The notes under the pieces are model-generated. The model was given only the letters and a program-made list of their open reading frames with translations, was not told the origin of the DNA and did no database searches. A DNA stretch of 64,000 nucleotides from Camelus ferus (taxonomy: Eukaryota): contig NC_045697.1 of the NCBI RefSeq assembly GCF_009834535.1, forward strand, positions 107,324,001 through 107,388,000, written 5' to 3'. The translations under genes were made by a program, and so were the position numbers. This document shows, in pieces, positions 12,622-24,375 of this stretch (position 1 is its first letter; every line of letters begins with the position of its first letter).

Positions 12622-14069
12622 TCACAAATACCCTGGGAAGACTAAAAAGAATGGAATTACACCATAGTCTCACAATGAGACTGGTTTGGGCTTGGAGGCT
12701 TCACATTAATTATTAACAAAGATTATAAAGATTTTCTATAATCATAAAATTCCAAATATGCACATTAAGAGAATTAAAGTAAACTCCATGGGGAACAATT
12801 ATAATTTCCTGTCAGTCATTCAATATTTTGAACTGAAAATTACTCCCTTTGAGGTTTGTGTCCTCCTCCCACTTACTGTCTCCTGGGTCTTTCACTATTT
12901 GTTGGAATGCCCAGATGCAACAGCAGTTTCAGTTATAGGACCAACACACTTATACTGATATAAAATTTCCATTTCTACTATTTCAACTGATCTTTACAAG
13001 AACCAAGTAGATCATACAGATCAATTATTGCGCATCTATTTTACAGAGGAACAAAAGATTGCATATTAATTGACAACCAAAACCTCTTGTCACACTATTT
13101 GACCAGTAAACTTATGCTTTCCTTACATCTTCATTAATAATCTAACATTCAAGTTGGGTTTTCTATAGTTTTATATAGTGAGCTAAAGTAAGAATTTGAT
13201 AAATTTGTCAACTTCACTATCTATAAGAAATTAGTCAAAATGCATATCTTACTGATAATAAATTATCATCTTTCTAGTTTTTAAAATCCCCAAGTGTACT
13301 AGAAAGTAGCAAATAACCTCTCCTCTCTCATTGTTTGTTGTATCTTTCATAAGAATTAGACATTTTCACTGAACTATGGCATGTCTACAAAACCAGTACT
13401 AAGCAGAAAGTTTCCATAACTAAATATGACTGAGAAACACTGGATTAAACAAGGCTAAAGATGTTTACATGATAAAATTCTCAGAGCTTTAATATGCTAT
13501 TGAGTATTATACTTGTCAAAAAGATTTATAACCAATGCATGGACTTCCCAAAATGTATTTGACAATAAAACAGAATTCCTTTTTCTCTTTCTTTGCTTTT
13601 CTTTCTTTTTTTTTTTTTTGGCAAGAGCTTTTCACAGTAATAGCATTTTTCAAAAGCTTTTTTTAGGAACACTGGATAATATATTTGTGCTCTTGAAGCT
13701 CATTGCTATGAATATCACAGAATTAACTATCTTCTAGGCAAACATTTAGAAGGCCTTTCAAAATTTTCAGGTAAATGGTTTAAACAACCCATTTATTTTT
13801 CATAGGTTTCTTTTTATGATTTATAGAATATAATAATTAGACAAAGAAAGAAATCTTAAATTAGGATTACTTTAAGGGAAAATAAAATACTATCAAAATC
13901 TATCACAGTGAACCCCCATCCCTCTGTGAACAATTCAGTCCAAAAGCCAAGTAGGATGGATAATCCCCCACATTAAATTAGAGCTGCTCTGTGTGCCAAC
14001 AGAGTTCAGCACAAGTAATGTGTGATTTCCAAGACTAGGTCATTAAGGCTTTTATGGCTTCCCTTTAGC

Positions 14070-14495
14070 TATGGCCCACAAATTTTGATGTTATATTTTT
14101 ATTTTGATTCAGTTCATGGTATTTTTTAAGTTCCTTTGAGACTTCCTCTTTGATCCACTGATTTAAAAGTTTAATTTTTAGTTTTCAAGTGTATGAAGAT
14201 TCTTCTAGTATCCTTATGTTTCTGTTACTGATTTCTAGTTTGATTTCATTCCAGTCAGAGAATCCACTCTGTATCATTTCAATTCCTTTCAATTTGTTGA
14301 GGTTTGTATTATCTCCCAGGAGACACAGTCCATTTTGGTGTATGTTATATGAGCACTTGAAAACAATATGTATTCTGCTGTTTTAGGGTACAGTCCTCTA
14401 TAAAATTCAATTAGTTCCTATTAGTTGATGGTGTTACCGAGTTCTAATCCTTGCTGATTTTCTGTCTCGTAGTTCTATCAATTATTAAGGGAGAA
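14070..14495 (-). mobile_element. Old L1 ORF2 fragment, antisense
   Basis: ttctgttactgatttctagtttgatttcatt...gagcacttgaaaacaatatgtattctgctg; ccttgctgattttctgtct. Confidence 0.75.
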
Positions 14496-14518
14496 AGAGT
14501 TACTTTTATAATATAATG

Positions 14519-15355
14519 CTTTTTTTCCCCTCAGAATGGAGAACTCCATGGGAAAGATCATGATTCTGAGTGGAAGACAATAATATATGTACAGGAAATA
14601 TTGGAGCTTTGGGAACCTTAATAGAGTACAGATCTGGGTGGGATTTTGCTCTTGGAGGAAAATGACTGAACATCTAGTGGAAAATATAAGATTACTTCCA
14701 TCTGGAGACAGAAGAGGGGGTGCCAAAATGGAGAATAATGCACAAAAAGTGATGAGAGTATAATATAGACACACTTCACAACACTCTTCCGAAAGGTGAA
14801 GATGGTACGGCATCCGTACCCCTTGAAATGAAGTATATCTAAGGTACCAGGAAAGAGGTGTAGAGTGTCATGTGATGGTGATGATAGAGGAGGTAGCATG
14901 TCCATTAAATTAATAATAGTAAAGGGATGATGGTATGAGAGAGTTATGATAAAGCACTGAGAAATGAGATGTTATCTTTTCTGTCTGGTGTTGTAAGTTT
15001 TACTGTACCTTGATAAGACATGTACAGTCTAAAAAATTCACTTGTGTAAAATTGAGGACTGCGCTATTTCAAGATTAATTATATTATTTTTTAGTCTACG
15101 TTGTCCTAGAAAGCACAGAAGTGAAGTAACAGTGAAATTTAGAACCATACACAGCTGAACTGAGAAAGTTCTACATGATTAGGAGGCACTTTCTTATGAG
15201 AAATGACCTTCTCTGCTAGATGCAGTTTTTCCAGTCCCTTGAGAATTTTGGTGGCAGAGTTAGGGTGAAGGGCAATAACCAATCATTTATTTGAATTCAG
15301 TTATCATGGGCTTTTGTCCATTTGTAAACATTTTGGGTTTTATTTTTAAAAAAAG
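14519..15355 (+). pseudogene. Possible decayed processed retrocopy, parent gene unidentified
   Basis: Does not resemble a known repeat. A purine-rich CDS-like half is followed by a 3'UTR-like half and an A-run at 15348-15354. Flanked by direct repeat aatataatg at 14510-14518 and 15356-15364. Confidence 0.35.
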
Positions 15356-15559
15356 AATATAATGTTCTTCCTCCAGTAATGTATCTAGCTAACACTTTTA
15401 AAAATCATATTACTGACAGCCCATTTTTCTATTATTTTAGCTATTGGGAGTTCTCAATTATTTTGTATGTAAAATTAGTAGCTTTCATAATAACTAATCA
15501 TTGTTGCATTTATTCTTACAGTAAGAAATATGCATTCACTCCCCAATTATCTGATAGAA

Positions 15560-16070
15560 TTTCATTCATCACAGCCAAAAACTGGAAACAACTTAGATGT
15601 CCTTCAACAGATAAATGGTTCAACAAACTGGCATATTCATACAAGGAATACTCCTCAATAATAAAAAACAAACTATAGATGTACACACAACAATCTGGCT
15701 GAATCTCTAGAGAACTGTGCTGACTGAAACAAAACAAAAGGTCATATAGTACAGGATTCCATTTATACAAAATTCTTGAAATGACAACATTATAGAACTG
15801 GAGAACAGACTGGTGGCCACCAGGGGTTAAAGAGGGGTGCACCAAGGAGAAAAGTAAACGTGAATATAAAAGAGCAACAGGAGGGATTCTTACGTGTGAT
15901 GGAAATTTTCTGTATCTTGATTATGTCAATGTCAATATTGTACTAGAGTTTTGTAAGATTTTCCGACTAGGGGCAACTGAGTAAAGGGCATAAGGAATTT
16001 CTCTGTATTATTTCTTACAACTGAAAGGGAATCTACAACTATCTTGAAATAAACTCTAATTTAAAAAAAT
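15560..16070 (+). mobile_element. L1MC/MD-type 3' end
   Basis: acagccaaaaactggaaacaacttagatgtccttcaacag...ctctgtattatttcttacaactg...atctacaactatc. Confidence 0.8.
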
Positions 16071-17109
16071 AAGCAACTGTATATGAGGTGTAACTTTGTC
16101 ATAGGATTAACTGTTCCACTGATTATTTCCCATTGAAATGAAAACTATATTAACCTAAAAGAATATCTCATTGACAGGAAATGAGAGTCAAATTAAAGGG
16201 CATTCAGGAAACCCTTATGAGTACAAATTCTGAAGCCACCTAAAGACACACAGTGCCAGTTTCTTTAATTCTCCCTACTACCCCAACCCAACCCCCTCCA
16301 AAAATGTTGGTATAACATTTAATAACTTACTCTACACCTAAAAAAGATTTGCCATACAACAGACAGAAAATGATTAAACATATATTGATATCACATAGTT
16401 TAATTGTATATTCTATCGACTCAGATCAAACAGTCACATTATAGAATATGCAAATTCAAACCTTCAAACAGGAAATGAAATTTTCGAAACCCATGACATA
16501 ACTTCAGATTCATATGTGCACTGAAAGCTAATAAATCATTTAAACCTTCATACACAGAACCTTTTTAAATTTGCATTTATCTACAGTAAATACTGCCATG
16601 TTCCTTAATAGCTTGCTAGTTCAATCTAGCAAACTGGTGATTTACAGCAGTGACATATTTTCAAAATCAGAAATCTGTCACCATGTGACAACCAGTCAGA
16701 AGTCCACTGAACTTGTATTTCTCGAAATCAAAACATCATAGTAAATAAATAGATGATAGCAAAATGTCATGCAGTCCATAATCAAATCAATTATTCCAGT
16801 ATTTGAGTTTGATTTTATGTTTATAACTATTTAAAACTACAGCATCACATGCACTTTAGCAAGCTTAGCTCTATTATCGTCTCAGTGCTTCCAAACTATT
16901 TTAAAATACACTGTTAAATTTCATAGTTTATTATTTGCAGACTCTACAAGTCCTATTTAAAGGAATAGGAAAATTTAGCATATATGAAAGAAAGCTCTAT
17001 ATTACTAATTTTTCTCCACAATAGATAGACTTTTAGAACCTTATAATAGTTTCACACCAATATTCCTAAGTATTTATCAGATGTGAAAGAAGGAACTGTA
17101 TTAACAGAG

Positions 17110-17698
17110 TAATAAACTGAATGTCCACCGTAATAGACATCTGTTGTTTCTTCTGTATTGCATTCACTCTTCCTTTAAACCCCCATTCAATTTGCAGCAT
17201 TCTCCAGGCAATAAAGTCACACTGCCTCACATCCAGGCCATAAAGAGAACACTTAACTCAGGCCTGGCACATATAGTTCCCCAATCTCCTGGTCACAATG
17301 ATTAATCTGGAAGTGAAAACATGGCCTAAATCAGGCTAATTAAAATCATTACCAGAACTTTTTCTTTTTTCAGAATTTTTTTTTAATTGGGAGTTGAAGA
17401 AGAGCTTTTGGCCTTTGGAGTCAAAAGCTGAAAAGATACATCAATTGGCAGCTTCTAAAGCAGACATCTTCCCTGCCATGTGTACAGAGAAACCCATCTG
17501 CACCATGAATGGAAAAAGAATGTCCGGGTGGCATCAACTTCCTAGTTTCAACACCTTGTTCCCAGAGCTTTCCTGGTTCTCCCAGGTTCACTCAATGATC
17601 TATCCTGGTCCTACAGATCAATCAATCCCAACTTATACTTAAGCTAGTTTGATGTAAGTTTCTATCTCTGCAACCAGAAAAAAAAATCCAGACTAATT
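17110..17698 (+). mobile_element. Old ERVL/MaLR-class LTR
   Basis: Ends cttaagctagtttgatgtaagtttctatctctgcaaccagaaa...gactaat, typical of old ERVL-class LTR 3' ends. Confidence 0.5.
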
Positions 17699-19488
17699 TC
17701 AAAAAGAGAGAACTAGCTGAACTGAGGCACAACCATACAACTGTATATAATGCAGCCACTTTAAAAACAAAGTATTTCATTTTCATCCACATTTCCCTAC
17801 TGACAGTCTAACCAAATTAGACCCAATGCCTTCATTAAAAAAAAAAAAATTTTGTAACACCACTATACTACCTGAAATAAATTTCATATCATTTCTATTA
17901 AAAACACCCTAAAAACTTAGAATGTGTCTTACAATCAATGGCATCATAAATTATAATTGGCAGGTTTTTTCCTTAATGTTGAATTAAAAAATGGCAAATG
18001 TTTCAGCTGTTAGCATATTAGATTCGATAAAATGCAACAGATAAGACTGACCAAGAAACACAACAGAAGAGCTGAAGAAAAAAAAAAAAGTGCCCTAACC
18101 AAAATAAAGGGGAAACAAAATAATTTAAAATATATTTTAAATATGCAAATGCCTGTTAATGACCACCTATGTAAACACTTTTATATGAATGTATGTGACA
18201 ATACCAAAGCACACTAAGAACTGCACTGAACACTCATACTCTGTTGTATTCCAACCAGACATAATTTTTAATTCTTGGTAAAGTTCCAAATAAAACAAAG
18301 TATGAACAGAAAATCAATAAGGAAACACTGGACCTGAATTATGTTTTAAACAAAAAATACCTAAGAGAGATACAGAACATTTCTTCCAACGGCAGCAGTA
18401 TAAGCATTCTTCTCAAGAGCACATGGAACATTCTCCAGGACAGGTCATGTGTTAAAACACAAAACAAGTCTTAACAAGTTAAAGATATCTGAAATCACAC
18501 CCAGTATCTTTTCCAACCACAAGGGTATAAAACTACATATCAGTGATGGGTGGAAATCTGGAAAATTCAAAAATATGTGGAGGTTAAGTAAAACACTACT
18601 GAACAACCAATGGGTCAAAGAAGAAGTCAAAGGGAAATCAAAAAGTTATCCTGAGACAAACAAAAATGGAAGCACAACATACCAAAACTTATGGGATGCA
18701 GCAAAAGCAGTTCTTAAAGGGAAGTTTATGGCAATAAACATCTATATTAAGAAAATAAAAAGATCTCAAATAAAAAAACCTAACTTTACATCTTAAAGAA
18801 CTAGAAAAAGAACAAACTAAGACCAAAGTTAGTAGAGGAAAGAAAATAAAGCTCAGAGCAGAAAGAAATGAAACAGACACTAGAAAGACACCAGAAAGGA
18901 TCAATGAAACTAAGAGCTGGTATTCTGAAAAGATAAAGTTGACAAACCTTTAGCCTGAGAAAGAAAAAAAGATTAAATACTCAAATAAATTAAAATCAGA
19001 AATGAAAGAGAAGAGATACCTCAGAACTGATACCCCAGAAAGACAAAGGCTCATGAGAACTACTATGAACTACTATATACCTACAAATTAGAAAATCTAG
19101 AAGAAACAGATAAATTCTTAGAAACACACAACCTACTAAGAATGAACCATCAAGGATTCCCTGGAATGCGAAGGAAAATAGGAGGATTGGTGGACAGATT
19201 TTACAAGAAACAATTAGACCCAAGATCTTCTCCAACACTTTGCACATCTGAGCATCTGCCCTTTCTCATCCCAAGAAAAAACACAAGGTTTCCTCTGATG
19301 GTTGGAACTAGAGGAACCCGGACTCAGAGATGCCAGCCTAACGAAGGCTGCAGATCATGTTCTGAAAACAGAGTTTGCAGGAATGTTTATTTGTTGAGCA
19401 GCAAAATGATTAAGCGTCATCCCAACTCCACTTCCAAGGAATGCTAGCAGCCAGGAGCTGAAGTCTGGAGGATTCTTCTCAAGTAGAG

Positions 19489-19612
19489 TTGGTTGCCAGA
19501 TAAAATTTAGGATGCCCAGTTATGTTTGAATTTCAGATAAGCAACAAATACTTCTTTAGTTTAAGTGCCCCTCAAATGCTGCTCATTTTATAGGTAAAAT
19601 CTGGCAGTGCTA
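19489..19612. mobile_element. MER53-like hAT MITE remnant inside a foreign insert
   Basis: ggttgccagataaaatttaggatgcccagttatgtttgaatttcagataa. Inverted cores tgccagat (19494-19501) and atctggca (19599-19606). Confidence 0.7.
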
Positions 19613-19737
19613 CTCAGCAGAAACTAAGAGGCTCAGGAAACAAGTCTTAGATATGTTTTCCCCAGTGACATGACTTTGGGCCTTAGACCCATACTGGGAG
19701 ACCTGTGGGTAGAGAAACTCTGGGTCTGGTTCTAGCA

Positions 19738-19864
19738 GGAAAGAGGGAGAGGGAGGGAGGAAAAAAGAAAGAGAAAGAAAGAGAGAGGGAGGGAGAGAGA
19801 GAGAGAAAGAGAGAGAGAAAAAGAAAGAGAAAGAGAAAGAAGAGAAAGAAAGAAAGAAAGAAAA
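19738..19864. repeat. Purine-only GA/GAAA low-complexity tract
   Basis: About 125 nt of G/A only. Confidence 0.95.
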
Positions 19865-20181
19865 GTAAGTTAGTTTGAACAGACCCATAACAAGTAAAGA
19901 GATGAATCAGTAATCAAAAATCTCCCAAAAGACAAAAAAGGACCAGATGGCTTCACTGATATATTCTGCCAAACATTTAAAGAATTAATACGAACGTTTC
20001 TCAGACTCTTCCCCAAAACTGAGGGGAAGTGAGCACTCTCAAACTAATTTTACAAGGCCACTATTACCCTGATACCTAAGCCAGAGAAGGACACTACAAA
20101 AAAAGAAAATTACAGGCCAATATTCCTAATGAACATGGATACAAAAAGACTAGTAAACTGAATTCAAAGTACATTACAAGG

Positions 20182-20316
20182 TGAAAAAAAAGTATGAAAA
20201 TGAATATATGTATGTATATGCATGACTGGGACATTACACTGTACACCATTATGCTATACACCAGAAACTGACACATTGTAACTGACTGTACTTCAACTTA
20301 AAAAATTAAAAATAAA
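20182..20316 (+). mobile_element. Short L1 3' tail inserted into the older L1
   Basis: tatgaaaatgaatatatgtatgtatatgcatgactgggacatt...taactgactgtacttcaa plus A tail. Diverged TSD caaagtacattacaagg / caaaacacattaaaagg. Confidence 0.88.
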
Positions 20317-21826
20317 CAAAACACATTAAAAGGATTATACATCATGATCAGTTCCTATTTATACCTGGGATGCAAATCAATAAACACATGAACAAAATGA
20401 AAAAAAATCACATGTTCATCTCAATAGATGCAGAAAAAGCAACTAACAAACTTCTACACCTAAAAACTCAATAAATTAGATATAGAAGGAATGTACCTCA
20501 ACATAATAAAAGCTATATATGACAAATTCACAGCTAAAATCATACTCATTGGTAAAAAGCTGAAAGTTTTTCCTCTAATATCAGGAATAAGGCAAGGGTG
20601 TCCACTCTCACCAGCCATGATTTAACACAATTACTGGAGGCCTACCCACGGAAATTAGACAAGAAAAAGAAATAAAAGGTATCCAAATTAGAAAGGAAGA
20701 AATAAAATTATCTGTTTGCAGATGACCCTCCAGAAAATTCAGAAGACTCCACCACGAAACTGTGAAAATAAATGAATTCATTAAAAAGTTATAGGATACA
20801 AAATCAACATTAAAAAATTCAACTGCATTTCTATACACTAACAATGAAGTACCTCAAACAGACATTAAGAAAACAATCTCATGTACAATAGCAAAAAAAA
20901 AAAAAAAGAATAAAATACTTGGGAATAAATTTAACCAAAGGTGAAAGATCTGCACACTGAAAGATCTGTACACTGAAAACTATAAGGTATTGATGACAGA
21001 AAGTGAAAAAGATGCAAATAAATGGAAAGATAGCTCATATTCATGGACTGGAAAAATTAATATTGTTAAAAGTTCATTCTGTACAAAGCAAGCTACAGAT
21101 TCAATGCAATTCCTATCAAAATTCCTATCAATGGCATTTTTCATAGAAATAGAAAAAAAAATCCTAAAACTCAAATGGAACCGCACAAATAGCCAAAGCA
21201 ATCTTGAGAAAGAAGAACTAAGCTGGAAGCATCATGCTTCCTGACCTACACTACATAGCAAAGCCACAATAATCAAAACTGTATGGTACTAGCATTAAAA
21301 AAAAAGATATATAGACCAATGGAACAGAATAGAGAGCCCACAAATAAATCTAGGCACATACGTCAATTTATCTTCAGCAAATACACCAAAAATACACAAT
21401 GGGTAAGGGACAGTCTCCAACAAATAGTGCTGGGAAAACTGGATATCCATATGCTGAAATCAGACCCTTAGCTTACACCAAATACAAAGCAACTCAAAAT
21501 GGATTTAAGAATTAAGATCTAAAACCATAAACTGCTAGAAGGAAATCTAGGGGAAAAGTTCCTGGACTGTGGTCTCAGAAATGATATTTTGGATTTGACA
21601 CCAACACACAAGCAACCAAAGCAAAAATAAACAAGTAGGACTACATCAACTAACATATTCCCACAAAGAAAAGGTAATAAATAACAAAACAGAAAGGCAA
21701 CTTACAGAATGGGAAAAAATATCTGCAAAACATTTATCAAATAAGGGATTAATTTCCAAAATATATAAGGAACACTTACAACTCAACAGCAAAAAACTTA
21801 ACAGTCCAATTAAGAAATGTGCTACT

Positions 21827-22966
21827 GAGAGAAGCAAGATGGCGGAGTAGGACGTTTGTAGCTCACCCTCTCCCACAAATACACCAAAACTCACATCTAC
21901 AGACCCACTCAGCCAACCAGAGCACCTGCCGAACTCCGACAGAACATCGCCCTCTTCCAGAGACAGAATGTCAAAAATCTCGTAGGAGAAAAGGAAAAAA
22001 ACAGAAGAAAAAACAAAACAGTGCAGGCCCGGTCCCACGGAGAGGGAGCGGCAAAGGAGGACTAGCACTCGTTCACTGGGTCTCCCCTCTCCAATGAAGA
22101 GGTCAGCAGGACAGAAGGGGAGCCTCTGAGGCTCAGATCTGCCTGGAGCACCCCTTGACTGACAGAACGAAGTTAAATGGGCACAAAGGGGTCCCTGCGA
22201 CACCCAGCCCAAGATGTGAGCCGGCAGCTGGGGGCCGGGACAGGCCGCCCAAGCCATGCAGAGGACTGGGGCAGCTGCACTGAGGCAGCCCCAGGGGACT
22301 GCAGGGTGCTGCGCACCATGACTGGGAGGGGATACAAGGAGCAGAACAACCTCGGTCCCCCATAAATTGCGAAAAAAGCAAAGCAACACAGCTGGTGTGC
22401 CCTGGGGAGAGGGGCACTGTAGCCTTTGTCTCCTCAGACCCGCGGCACCATTACTGGCGATTCTTGCAAGAGGAGAGGCAGGCTGCAGCCACAGCTGCCA
22501 TCTCCTCCTGTGTGCCATCTCCTCCTGTGTGCAGCACCCAGGTGGGGGTGGGCCAAGACCTGAATCTGCACCCAGGGGCTCCGCAACCTCCTAGGCAAGA
22601 CTGAGACTTGTTTACAGCCCAAGGCAGATAGGATCTTTCTGCCCTGGCACCTCAGAGAACTCGTGCCGCCAAGACAAACAAGGAGCTGAGATTTGGCACA
22701 GGGCAGGGGCAGAGTTGTTCCACGGTCTTCCCAAGCCACCTACACAGCGCCAACCTGAGGCGGAGTGGGCAGCTGCACAGAGCAGCGGAGTGACCTGCGC
22801 CAGGAGAGGGCGGGCAGCCACCCATCTTCCTGGCAGGAGTGCAGCACCTGACCATGGTGCTTGGAGGGGGCGTGATCTGCCCACCTGCCTCACCTGAGCG
22901 CAGCATCTGACTGTGGCATCGGGAGGCGAAGTGACCCACCCGCCCACCGGCCACAGTGCCAGAGAT
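21827..22966 (+). promoter_or_regulatory. L1 5'UTR internal promoter (GC/CpG-rich)
   Basis: The only GC/CpG-rich stretch in the window, with caagatggcgg YY1-type core at the 5' end. Promoter activity is inferred from L1 biology. Confidence 0.6.
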
Positions 22967-23866
22967 ATGAGCAATATGAAGAAGCAGAGGAACCATTCCC
23001 AATTAAGAGATCAAGAGAAATCCCCTGAAAGCATGATCAAGGAAATAGACATTGATGACCTACTAGATCAAGATTTCAAAACAGGACTGATCAAAGTACT
23101 GAAGGAACTAAAAGAAAGTGTTTAGAGATATAAAATATATCAAAAATGAAGTAGAGCTATAAAGAAGAACCAAGTAGAATTAGTAAACTCATTTGCTGAG
23201 ATGAGAGCTGACCTAAAGGCTGTGCAAAGCAGACTAGATAATGCAGAGGAATGAATAAGTGACCTAGAAGACAGGACAACAGAAAGCACCCAATCAGAAC
23301 AGCTGAGAGAAAAACAAGTAAAAAGCAATGAAAACAATATAAGGGACCTACGGGATAACATAAAGCGTGCCAATCTACGCACAATAGGGGTTCCAGAAGG
23401 GGAAGAAAGAACAAAGGGGATTGAAAAGGTCTTTGAAGAAATCATGACTGAAAACTTCCCAAACCTAAAGAAGGAATCAGATATCCAAGTACAGGAGGCT
23501 CAGAGGGTTCCAAACAGGAAGAACCCAAATAGACCCACACCAAGACATATCATAATCAAGATGGCCAGAGTCAAGGATAAAGAAATGATCCTAAAGGCAA
23601 CAGGAGAAAAACAAAGAGTGAGTTACAAGGGAACCCCCATAAGGCTCTCAGCTGATTTCTCTACACAAACACTACAGGCCAGAAGGGAGTGGCAAGATAT
23701 ATTCAAAGTCCTGAATGAAAAAAAGATGCAGCCTAGGATACTCTATCCAGCAAGGCTATCCTTTAGAATAGAAGGAGAGATAAAGAACTTCACAGACAAG
23801 CAAAAACTAAAAGAGTTTAGCAACACTAAACCCATGCTAAAAGGAATATTCACAGGTGTACTCTAA
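22967..23866 (+). pseudogene. L1 ORF1p, disrupted
   Basis: MSNMKKQRNHSQ... through NLRTIGVPEGEE...RPTPRHIIIKM...IRLSADFS...YPARLSF...TAA. Apparent compensating frameshifts near 23117-23155 and an in-frame TGA at 23252-23254. Confidence 0.93.
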
Positions 23867-24009
23867 ATAGAAAAGAAGCAGGATGTTACAAAAATGAGAA
23901 ACTCATAACTGGAAAGGAGATAAGTGCCATGAATTACAAATAGAATAAACACAAAATTGTAAAAGAAGACATACAAATCATTAAGAGTGGGAGAGGGAAG
24001 CAAGGAAAG

Positions 24010-24375
24010 CCACTGTGGAAAACAGTATGGAGATTCCTCAAAAGACTAGGAATAGACTTACTATATGACCCAGGAATCCTGCTTCTGGGCATATATCCAG
24101 AAGGAACCCTACTTCAGGATGACACCTGCACCCCAATGTTCATAGCAGCACTATTTACTATAGCCAAGACATGGAAACAGCCTAAATGTCCATCAATAGA
24201 TGACTGGATGAAGAAGAAGAGGTATATTTATAGAATGGAATACTATTCAGCCACAAAAACTGACAACATAACGCCATTTGCAGCAACATGGATGTCCCTG
24301 GAGAATGTCATTCTAAGAGAAGTAGGCCAGCAGAGGGAGGAATGCCGTGTGAGATCACTCGTATGTGGAATCTAA
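24010..24375 (+). pseudogene. L1 ORF2p C-terminal ~121 codons only
   Basis: Open frame PLWKTVWRFLKRLGIDLLYDPGILLLGIYP...MFIAALFTIAKTWKQPKCPS...CGI*. It begins just after the position of the CCHC knuckle. Confidence 0.9.

Noticed and set aside
20943..20980. 16-bp tandem duplication in the old L1 ORF2 (also small ones near 20232 and 30115)
   Set aside because: Ordinary slippage in dead transposon sequence.
21646..22518. 290-aa minus-strand ORF, the longest in the track
   Set aside because: It is an antisense reading of the GC-rich L1 5'UTR that runs across the insertion junction into the older L1. It has no recognisable domain, and there is no basis for equating it with primate ORF0.
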